64,000 nt of DNA from an uncultured Actinomycetes bacterium (lineage in GTDB: Bacteria; Actinomycetota; UBA4738; HRBIN12): positions 80,211-144,210 of the forward strand of contig CAWBAK010000001.1 of assembly GCA_963786805.1 (NCBI GenBank), read 5' to 3'. Position 1 is the stretch's first letter, and every line of letters starts with the position of its first letter. The notes beneath the pieces are model-generated. The model made no database searches and was not told where the DNA came from. It worked only from the letters and a program-made list of their open reading frames with translations. Both the position numbers and the translations under genes were made by a program. Shown one piece after another: positions 51,001 through 58,970 of this stretch.

Positions 51001-51246
51001 TGGAATTTCACGAACTTCTGTGACCCGGAGATCGACCGGCGGATGCAACGAGCCCTGGACCTTGAGCCGAGCGACTCGTATGCCTCGGCTCGCGCGTTCG
51101 AGGCGCTGGACCACGAGCTCGTCGATCTGGCCCCCTTGATCCCGTACGCGGCCGCCGTCGACCTGTGGCTCGTCTCGAAGCGGGTCAGCAACGTCGAGTT
51201 CAGTCCGGAGCTCAGACTGATCGTCTCCCAAGTGTGGGTCCGCTGA
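48035..51246 (+). pseudogene. Class III adenylate/guanylate cyclase - TM - YVTN beta-propeller - family 5 solute-binding domain fusion, with many frameshifts
   Basis: FLIADVRGYT, ELRGDE and ALNLAARLC; repeated (L/V)WVAN blades; HRGGTLR, VVPDLA, YTFTLREGIRFSNG, ATGPY and L.RNP motifs spread over about 10 frame changes. Confidence 0.75.
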
Positions 51247-51392
51247 AGTAGGGCAAACCATAGGCAGAGCCGTGACGAGGTAGCGACCGCGGTGGCGCGC
51301 TCGCCCGTCTGCTCGGCGAGTAGAACGTTGTACTCCCATCACTCCTGAGAGGTCGCGATAGCCGAGGTCGACGCTCACATCCGCGACGACGG

Positions 51393-51434
51393 TGGCGACG
51401 AGCGGACTCGAACCCCCGTCCCCCTGCTTGCAAA
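51393..51434 (-). repeat. 42-bp degenerate copy of the tRNA-Ala 3' half (att-like)
   Basis: 3 mismatches versus 53121-53162; same end point in the anticodon loop. Confidence 0.88.
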
Positions 51435-51712
51435 CCAGAACAGAAGCACCTCAGTGACCAGCAAGTCGGTCGAGGAAGGGCGGCCGAATCTGATCGAACC
51501 TACGCGGGCGGCGTCCCGGAGGAGAGGCGCCACGCGACGACAGTAGTTCACCAACACCGCCAACTCCACGCGCCCACGCACGGACCATCCAGCGCGTACC
51601 TATACGCCCGGTGAGCTAGGGACTGATGCCCACCCGCTACCAAGAGCCCGCTAGTGTCCGGGTGAACTCGGTTGACCGTGCGCTCAACCAGCGGCTTTCT
51701 GCGTGGAGACTG

Positions 51713-52935
51713 TCAAGCTCCGCCTGATGCCTGACGTTTCGTGTTCGGCTGAGGCTTGACGCTCAGGCCGTCGGCCCTGACCTTGCGAACGGCCCCGATC
51801 CGTTGCCGTGCCACGGTCTTCATCAGGTGGTTCTTGCTCCATACCTGGATCACAGTCTCGTCTACGAACACGTCCACGAGCTCACCCTTGAAGGCGTTGT
51901 CACCGAGAAGAGCTGGTTGTCGACCGAGACCATCCCGTTGGAGCCGACCCTTCGAAGCACCCACTGTCCACGATGATCCTCGGCCGCATCGACGGGGATC
52001 GAGGCTTCGTCCTTGGAGATCGGGGCCAAGCGGAATCGGTCAGCTGGGGTCGCCATCTCCAGAGCCTGGTGGGGACGCTCGGTGTTGTAGTCGGTGACCC
52101 AGGCATCGAGCTCGCTCTGCGCGGCCTCGAGCGAGGGGAACGAGCGATCGGCCAGGAACTCCTTGCGCAGGCTCTGGTGGAATCGCTCGATCTTGCCGGT
52201 GGTGGTCGGTGAGCGCACGGCGGTGTGGCGGTGGGAGATGCCGTTCTCCCGGCAGATCCGATCGAACAACACCTCGACGGGCTGAGGCCCGAACCGGCCG
52301 GTGAACACTTGCCGTTGTCGGTCAGGATCTCGTCGGGGATCCCGTAGGTGCGAAGCGACGCGCTGAGCACCGCGCAGACGGCCTTGGACGTCGCCCTGGT
52401 GACCAGGCCGGCGGCGATGCAGAACCGGCTGTGGTCATCGACGCCGGTGACCACCTTCAGCTCGGTCGCGTCGTCCAGGAGCACGCCGCCCATCACGTCC
52501 ATCTGCCACAGCTGCATGGGGCGCTCCCGCTCCCACCGACGGAACTCGTCGCGGCGCTTGCGACGCCGTCGCAGCTCGATCAGGCTGGTGGCGGCGAAGA
52601 CAGCGGTAGATCGCCGAGCGGGAGGGGACCGGATCCACGCCGGAGCGGGCGAGCTGATGCTCGATCCGCCGAGGCCCCCAGCCCGGATGCTCTCGTCGCA
52701 GCTCGCAGATCGCGGCCTCGATCTCCGGATCGGTCTGGTGCGGGCACCCGGTCGGCCGATGTGACCGGTCGGCCAGCGCGGCCAGGCCGCCCTGCTCGTA
52801 GCGGGCGATCCACGCGTGCACGCTTTGGCGGGAGACGCCGAGGCGACGGGCGACCTCGACGACCCTCCAGCCATCCTGCACGACCGCTAGCACCGCTTGG
52901 TACCGCTGCTCCATGACGCTGAGCTCCACCAGCAC
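51713..52935 (-). CDS. IS481-family DDE transposase (three frameshifts as assembled)
   Basis: HTH (VARRLGVSRQSVHAW), LWQMD, DDHSR, LTDNG, GKIERFH and YNTERPHQAL motifs. Confidence 0.88.
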
Positions 52936-52994
52936 GGCCCACCTCCCTGCCTCGCCGAAGGGGCCGAGACAAGGAGATCGGGCAGGCGGGCACT

Positions 52995-53104
52995 GTCAAG
53001 CATCAGCCGAAGCCACCGTCAAGGATCAGGCGGATCCGGTGTCAAGGATCAGCCGGAACTCCGTCAAGGATCAGGTGACGCCGGAATGTCCAGCATCACC
53101 CGGA
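52995..53104. repeat. Five subterminal repeats GTCAAGGATCAG(C/G)CG (putative transposase-binding sites)
   Basis: Copies at 52995, 53018, 53041, 53063 and 53088. Confidence 0.85.
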
Positions 53105-53120
53105 ACACGACATTTCTGCG

Positions 53121-53193
53121 TGGAGACGAGCGGACTCGAACCGCCGACCCCCTGCTTGCAAAGCAGGTGCTCTACCAACTGAGCTACGTCCCC
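53121..53193 (-). tRNA. tRNA-Ala(TGC)
   Basis: GGGGACGTAGCTCAGTTGGTAGAGCACCTGCTTTGCAAGCAGGGGGTCGGCGGTTCGAGTCCGCTCGTCTCCA cloverleaf; CCA not encoded. Confidence 0.97.
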
Positions 53194-53230
53194 GCCGCTC
53201 CATCATAGGACTCGCTCGGAGTCGCCCGAC

Positions 53231-53842
53231 TCATGCTGACGGCGTCGGCGTCGGCGTCGGTGTCGGTGTCGGGGTGGGCGTCGGAGTCGGAGTTATCCCC
53301 GGAAGCGGCTGTTCCACCATCCCCTCGTCCGGCACCCGGTCGAGGCAGGTGTGGGGACACGCGCTGCCCGTGTAGCTCGAGAGCGCGGCCCAGGAATAGC
53401 TCGTGCGAGAGCGGCCGATCGTCAGCTTCCGGAGCGCGACCTCGACCCAGGCCGAGCGGCCGCCGTCCTTCCCGCTGGCGAGCGTGTCGACTTCCACCTG
53501 TCGTCCGCCCGCGCGGAGGCGGAAGAGCCGCGCGTCCAGGTCACGTCCATCCGACCGGATGACCGCCACGTAGTCGGGCTCCTCGTCTCCGAGCGTGTCG
53601 AGCTCGACCAGCAGGTATCCGCGGTCCCAGACCTGGGCCACGGTCCAGCCGGCGAACGTGACGAACGTCCATCGCGGCGGCGGCGAGTCGTGGTCGAAGC
53701 GGACCGTCTCGAGGTCGAACCTCCCGTCCACGTCGTTCGGGTCCGTCTGCCTCGTGTGGTTCGCCGAGGCCGGCAACGCGAACGCGATCGCCGCCACGAG
53801 CGCGACGAGCACGCCCAAGCCCGCCGCACGATGCCCTCTCAT
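53231..53842 (-). CDS. Secreted protein with C-terminal (PT)n tail
   Basis: Signal peptide ending ASA; DPNDVDGRFDL; C..TC.DRVP; ATGA overlap with the upstream gene. Confidence 0.75.
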   Translation of the reverse strand: MRGHRAAGLGVLVALVAAIAFALPASANHTRQTDPNDVDGRFDLETVRFDHDSPPPRWTFVTFAGWTVAQVWDRGYLLVELDTLGDEEPDYVAVIRSDGRDLDARLFRLRAGGRQVEVDTLASGKDGGRSAWVEVALRKLTIGRSRTSYSWAALSSYTGSACPHTCLDRVPDEGMVEQPLPGITPTPTPTPTPTPTPTPTPSA

Positions 53843-55059
53843 CGGCTCGCACCTCGTCGAACCGTGACGACCGCCCGTACGCTCACCCAGATCGCGAGCG
53901 CGAGACCGGTCGCGACGAGCACCGCCGGAAGGAGATCGCTTCCACTCGGTGCGCTGAGCGACCCTCCGATCCACGCGTCCCGGCCTTCGCGCCACGCCAC
54001 GACGGCGACCACCGCGAGGACTCCGTTCCGCGCGAGGAGGAGACGGTAGTCGCGTGGCCTGGTACTTCCGAAGCAACCGCAGTCCAGGCGACGCCCGACC
54101 CGGATACGTCCGACGGCGATCGCGCTGGAGAAGACGAACAGAACGGCCAGCGAAGCAAGGCCCGCGGTCGAGACGAGACCCAGGAACGGAAGCGCGGCGA
54201 GCCCGAGCTCGACGACCGGCACGCCGACGAGCGCGGCCCCTTCGAGCGGCCCCAAGCGATACGACGCGAGCGCACGCGCCCATCTCCGGCGCCCGGCGAT
54301 CTTCGCGACGGCCGCCGACCCGAACGCGATCGAGAGCACCGCTGCGGCCACTCGTCCGGCGCTTCCGACCGACTCGGCCGACACGGCGGTCCACGTCGCG
54401 ATCCCCACGATCGCCGCGAGCGCGACCGCGTGCGCGACGCGCCACACGGGCCGGGACGCCGCGTCGGCGAGCCGCCCGACGAGCGCCGCGCCCTCCTCGG
54501 TCGTCCGGGTGCGCATCGCAACCATCGCGCTGAGCCCTCGCGCGAGGCCGAACGGCGCGAGCAACGCCGCTCCGAGCGCCGGCCTTCCGCTCGCGAGCGC
54601 GGCCGCCGAGACGACGACGAGCGTCCCGTTCGCGAGGAACGTGAAGAACCCGACCCCGAGCCCCATCCCGTACAGGAACGCCGCCGGCGCGAAGGGGAAG
54701 AAGGTGCGCCACCAATCCGGGACCTGCCGCCGCAGTTGCGGTACCGGGACCGGCAGTCCGAACGCCTCTCGAGCGAGGTAGAGCGCTCCGACCCCCGCGA
54801 TCGCCACGAGCCCGGCCGCACCCCACGGAGCTCCGAGCGCCGACCCGATCGCGCCGAGGACGGCGCCGAACGCGCCGGCCGCCGCCGCCGCGCCCGCGAC
54901 GTGCAGCGCGAGCACGATCGCCCACCGGCTCCTGCGTCCCCCGTGGACCACGGGGGTGATGGTTTCGACCATCGACAGCCCTCAGGGCCCGAACAGCGTC
55001 GTCAGGCCGGCGACGACCGACGCCGCGACGACGCCGGCGACGAGCTCGCCGGTCAGCAC
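53839..55059 (-). CDS. MauF/DsbD-like - MauE fusion membrane protein, candidate selenoprotein (UGA at codon 26)
   Basis: GTG 55059 reads MLTGELVAGVVAASVVAGLTTLFGP-TGA-GLSMVETITP in frame with ORF 53839-54972; RQVP..W..YG..LG.GF segment; C-terminal MauE motif DCGCFG...LARN. Confidence 0.75.
54951..54981 (-). promoter_or_regulatory. SECIS-like hairpin immediately 3' of the in-frame UGA
   Basis: UGA-GGGCUGUC-GAUGGU-CGAA-ACCAUC-ACCCC: perfect 6-bp upper stem, G at loop position 2, GGG/CCC lower stem. Confidence 0.6.
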
Positions 55060-55066
55060 TCGGCCG

Positions 55067-55591
55067 TCAGCACCGGACGGTCAGCTCCTGGTACGTGATG
55101 CAGAACACGCGCAGGCTCTGGTGGCAGTACCCCGAGTTCGACGCGTCGCCGTTGATCCGGATCCTGGAGGGCGAGCAGCAGTCCTGGATATGCCGGATCC
55201 GGCCGTTGCAGCACCGGCTCCATCCGCCGCCGTACCGCGGGTTCCTGACGAACGTGTACCGCTCGGGGACCACGGTCTGGCACACCTTGCGCCGGGTCTG
55301 GCGCGCGGACAGGTAGATCAAGCCGCCGTCGTCGACGGCGTACCCGTACACCGGATGGACCGGGAATCCGAACGCGTCGGTGCGCGAGTTCGGCGCGTAG
55401 GGATGCGGACACGAGCCCGTCGTGAAGAGGTGTCCGCAGATGTGGTACGCCTCGGCGCGCTCCGGCGCGAGCGCGACGGCGACCATCGGCCCGCCCACCA
55501 GCGCGACGACCGCCCGACCGAGCCGGCCGAGGAACGAGCGCCGGCTGGTCCGGCGCGCGAGCTCGGTCCCGGCGCGCTCGACGCTCCCCAT
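55067..55591 (-). CDS. Tat-exported Cys-rich protein resembling an amine dehydrogenase light chain (MauA-like)
   Basis: SRRSFL Tat motif with AEA cleavage site; 10 Cys; W..CC......DCC...YC...FC pattern; lies between mauD-like and mauE-like genes. Confidence 0.7.
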   Translation of the reverse strand: MGSVERAGTELARRTSRRSFLGRLGRAVVALVGGPMVAVALAPERAEAYHICGHLFTTGSCPHPYAPNSRTDAFGFPVHPVYGYAVDDGGLIYLSARQTRRKVCQTVVPERYTFVRNPRYGGGWSRCCNGRIRHIQDCCSPSRIRINGDASNSGYCHQSLRVFCITYQELTVRC

Positions 55592-56100
55592 CAGCTCGCG
55601 CGAACCTCGTCGGCTTCGGCGATACGGCGCCGTGCGGTGTCGACGAGCCCCTCGACCTGCTCGAGCGAGTTCACCGTCCCCTTCGAGCGCACGATGCCGT
55701 CCTCGTCCAGGACCACGACGAACGGGACGCCGGGGACGAGGTAGCGCACCTCGAGCTCGGGGTCCGACACGATCTGCGGCACGAGTCCCGCGGCCGCGGC
55801 GGCGGCCGGCAACGCCGGCAGGATCTGCTCGCAGATCGGACACGTGGCCGAGACGAACGCGAGGAGGCGGCGGGGGCCGGGACCACCGACGATCGCCGTC
55901 GTCCCGTCCCGGCCGCGTGCGGTCCGAGGCTCGGGCGCCTCGCCGATCGGCGGCCCCTCGTCGTCCACCTCGAGCGCGCCGAGCGGTTGGAGCCGGAGGT
56001 GCAACACGCCGATCTGGCGGGCGAGGGCGACGACCACGATCGTGAGGACGGCCAGCAAGACCCACTGGACGACGAAGGCCGCGGCCCACCAGCCCGACAC
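55591..56100 (-). CDS. mauD: MauD-like membrane-anchored thioredoxin-fold protein
   Basis: LARQIGVLH.RL.P.GAL, GP..G, FVSATCPIC and G.VRSKG.VNSLEQ motifs. Confidence 0.8.
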   Translation of the reverse strand: MSGWWAAAFVVQWVLLAVLTIVVVALARQIGVLHLRLQPLGALEVDDEGPPIGEAPEPRTARGRDGTTAIVGGPGPRRLLAFVSATCPICEQILPALPAAAAAAGLVPQIVSDPELEVRYLVPGVPFVVVLDEDGIVRSKGTVNSLEQVEGLVDTARRRIAEADEVRAS

Positions 56101-56106
56101 GCGGCC

Positions 56107-56748
56107 TCAGCGCCTCTTCGACGCCTCCGGCTCGGCCGGAGCGGGCGACTCGTCGGCGGATGTATGGATCGAGGTCGACACCAGCGAACCCGGCGCCGTC
56201 CAGAGCGGATCACCGTTCTTATCCAGGAACTGTAGGACCGGGGTCCCGTCGGCGGTGAGCCCCATGATCGCTCGGAGCTCGCCGTCGGCGTTCAACAGGC
56301 GGATGATCGGCGTTCCCTCGGCCGCGAGGCCGATGCGCGCGCGGACCTTGCCGTCCTCGTCCTGCAGCGAGATCGTCGGCGAGCCCTGCTGGGCGAGCGA
56401 ATAGACGAACCCGAGCTCGCCTTCCTTGTTGCGGAGCGCCAGGGTCGGCGAGCCCTCCGAACCCAGGCCGAACTTGGCGCGCACCTTGCCGTTGCGATCG
56501 ACCATCGCCATGCTCGCCGAGCCGTCGGAGAAGAGCCCGAACGTGGCGCGCACCTTCCCGTCGTCGTCCGCGATGGCCAGACCGGCCGACCCGTCGGGCT
56601 GCACGCCGAAGCGAGCGCGGAGCTTCTCGTCGGTTCCGTAGAACGACAGGAACGGGAGATCGTCGTTCGTCACGCCGAACCGGGCCCGGACGCGGCCTTC
56701 CGAATCCTCGATCTCGATCTCGCCCGCCCGGATGACACGCTTCCTCAT
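56107..56748 (-). CDS. Beta-repeat protein (about 8 repeats of 22 aa, D..GKVRA.FG..DG.P.L)
   Basis: Periodic motif visible in the translation; SD GAGGGG; stop is 6 nt before the mauD-like start. Confidence 0.75.
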   Translation of the reverse strand: MRKRVIRAGEIEIEDSEGRVRARFGVTNDDLPFLSFYGTDEKLRARFGVQPDGSAGLAIADDDGKVRATFGLFSDGSASMAMVDRNGKVRAKFGLGSEGSPTLALRNKEGELGFVYSLAQQGSPTISLQDEDGKVRARIGLAAEGTPIIRLLNADGELRAIMGLTADGTPVLQFLDKNGDPLWTAPGSLVSTSIHTSADESPAPAEPEASKRR

Positions 56749-56865
56749 CGACCGCCCCTCGCTCGAAAGCCGATGCGCCTTGGCGAAGTGTAGGACGGCC
56801 GGGCGCGGAGATGGGCACCTTTCCGAACGCGATGCCGGTTCGCCGCGAACGGGCCCCAGAAATGA

Positions 56866-56899
56866 GAAACCGCCGCGACCCGAAGGTCACAGCGGTCTC
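56866..56899 (-). terminator. 15-bp hairpin with cUUCGg loop followed by a U-rich tract
   Basis: GAGACCGCTGTGACC-TTCG-GGTCGCGGCGGTTTC; three G:U pairs valid only on the minus strand. Confidence 0.65.
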
Positions 56900-56957
56900 T
56901 CACCGCGCACCTTATGGGACGGCCCTCGATCCGGTCAAGCCGGCGACCGGGGTTTTG

Positions 56958-58071
56958 TCACTCTTTCCCGACACGCTCGATCCGCAGCGTGGTTGCTTCG
57001 AGCCGCGCCGGGATCGGGTCCACCCCGATGCCGGGGCCTGCCGGCACCGCCATCGTCCCGTCCGGGTCCAGTTCGAACGGCTCGGTGAGGTCTTCATCGA
57101 AGTAGCGCCGGCTGGCGCTCGTGTCGCCGGGGAGGCGGAAGTTCGGCATCGCCGCCAGCGCGAGGTTCGTGGCCCTTCCGATCCCCGTCTCGAGCATCCC
57201 GCCGCACCAGACCGGGACGTCCTGTGCCTCGCACACGTCGTGGACCCTCACGGCCTCGAGGATCCCGCCCACCCTGCCCTGCTTCACGTTCACGATCCGG
57301 CACGCCCCGAGCTCGATCGCGGCCGCGGCGTCGGCGGCCGACCGGATGGACTCGTCGAGGCACAGGTCGGTCCGCAGGCGCGCCTGCAGCTTCGCGTGGT
57401 TCACGAGGTCCTGGTGGTGCAACGGCTGCTCGATCATCAACAGGCCGAGCTCGTCCAGCTGACGGAACACGTCGACGTCCTCGAGCCCGTACGCGGCGTT
57501 CGCGTCGACGCTCAGGGCGATGTCGGGATGCGCCTCCCGGACCGCGCGCACGCGTTCGACGTCGGTCCCGGGCTCGATCTTGAGCTTGATCCGGAGGTAT
57601 CCCTCGGAGAGGTAGCCGTCGACCTGCTCGAGCAGCTGCGAGGTCGACGGCGCGATGCCGACCGAGACACCGCACTCAACCCGGGACCGTTCGGCGCCGA
57701 GGAACGTTGCGAGGGAGCGCTTCTCGGCGCGGAGCTCGGCGTCGAGCAGCGCGTTCACGAGAGCCGCCTTCGCCATCGGATTGCCGCGAACGAACGCCAA
57801 CGCGCGCTCGATCTCCGACGCCGACGGGTCGCCGGCGTGCGAGCAGCGCGGGGGCGAGGAAGTCGCGGAGCACCAGCCAGGCGCCTTCGTTCCATTCCTC
57901 CGAGAAGTCGGGCTCGGGACTCGCGACGCACTCCCCCCACCCCTCCGCGTCCTCGGTCTCGACGCGCACCAACACGCACTCTTTGTGCGTCATCTCGCCG
58001 AAGCTCGTCCGGAACGGCCGGACCAGCGGGAGACCGACGAGCCGCAGCTCCACCGACCGCACACGCGTCAT
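56958..58071 (-). CDS. menC: o-succinylbenzoate synthase / N-succinylamino acid racemase (frameshift near 57835)
   Basis: PFRTSFG, RIKLKI, VDANAAY, IEQPL, CLDESI, WCGGMLETGIGR and PGDTSAS motifs. Confidence 0.88.
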
Positions 58072-58883
58072 CGGGCCGGCTCCCTCGCGAGGACGTAGCC
58101 GCTCACGCCCTCGTGACGGAGGAATCCGACCGCGACCAGGCCGGCCGCCATGCACGCTTCGATGGCCTCGGCGACCGCATCCCGGTACCGGGCGGCGAGC
58201 TCCGGGTTCCGCTCACGGAGCTCGAGCAGATCCGCCGGCACCCGGACGAGGACCCCGCGCTCCGCCTCCGGTGGAAGGCCGACGAAGTTCCACTCCTCGT
58301 CGATGACCTCCGGGGCGTCCACGTCGAAGGCTCTCGGTTCTGGCTCGCGCTCGAGGTCCCACCGGATGACGAACCGGTCGGAGCGCTCCCCACGGTTCAG
58401 CGCGTCGGTCATCTCCCCGTAGAAGTTCCGCTCGAAGCGATCGGCGACGGCGCCCAGCTTGTGGAGGTTGAAGTACGCGTTGCGCGCCACGAGCGGATCG
58501 AAGGTCCACCGTGCCACCGAGATCCCTTGCTCGAGTCCCTGCGCGCGCTGGGCGAGCTTGAGCGCGTAGCCCACGCCTGCATGCCGGCGGTCCGGGAGCG
58601 TCGCGAGCATGTGCGAGTGCACGTGGAGGCCTTCGTCGGGATCGACCCCGGCCCACCCCAGCACGTACCCGATCAGCGTTTGACCGGCGAACGCGCCGTA
58701 TGGCACGTTCCCGCTCTCGCCGAGGGCTCGGATCATCTCCCGCGGGATCGTCTGGTGATCTCCCCAGGTCGCGATCATCACCTCGATGATCGCGTCGCAG
58801 TCCTCGAGCGATCGCAGCGGTCGCAGCTCGACCGCCGCCGCATCCGCGGCGCGTCCCGCCAAGGCCCACGCCTCGCTGGTCAC
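58068..58883 (-). CDS. GNAT N-acyltransferase (NSAR-associated type)
   Basis: HSHML, GVGYALKLAQR, WTFDPL..RNAYFN..KLGA and NFYG.M.D motifs. Confidence 0.85.
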   Translation of the reverse strand: MTSEAWALAGRAADAAAVELRPLRSLEDCDAIIEVMIATWGDHQTIPREMIRALGESGNVPYGAFAGQTLIGYVLGWAGVDPDEGLHVHSHMLATLPDRRHAGVGYALKLAQRAQGLEQGISVARWTFDPLVARNAYFNLHKLGAVADRFERNFYGEMTDALNRGERSDRFVIRWDLEREPEPRAFDVDAPEVIDEEWNFVGLPPEAERGVLVRVPADLLELRERNPELAARYRDAVAEAIEACMAAGLVAVGFLRHEGVSGYVLAREPAR

Positions 58884-58922
58884 GCGCGCGAGTTCTAGGG
58901 AACGCGGCCAGGAACGCAGAGA

Positions 58923-58942
58923 GGCCCGCGTCGCCGCGGGCC
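58923..58942 (-). terminator. GC-rich hairpin downstream of the tRNA-Ile/small ORF unit
   Basis: GGCCCGCG-TCGC-CGCGGGCC perfect 8-bp stem; weak U tail. Confidence 0.4.
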
Positions 58943-58970
58943 CCTCGCAACGCTGCGATCGGATCGGTGG

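Larger units (their letters stand above)
51711..53112 (-). mobile_element. IS481-family insertion sequence with 15-bp target-site duplication
   Basis: TGT...ACA ends with imperfect IRs (TGTCAAGCTCCGCCTGATGC / TGTCGTGTTCCGGGTGATGC); flanked by TTTCTGCGTGGAGAC at 51696-51710 and 53113-53127. Confidence 0.92.

Noticed and set aside
52995-53104. Regularly spaced repeats resembling a mini-CRISPR
   Set aside because: Period is only 22-25 bp, the repeats lie inside the IS481 end and resemble its IR, and no cas genes are present.
53231-56748. Canonical methylamine dehydrogenase (methylotrophy)
   Set aside because: No mauB or mauG, and the light-chain homologue has only one Trp.
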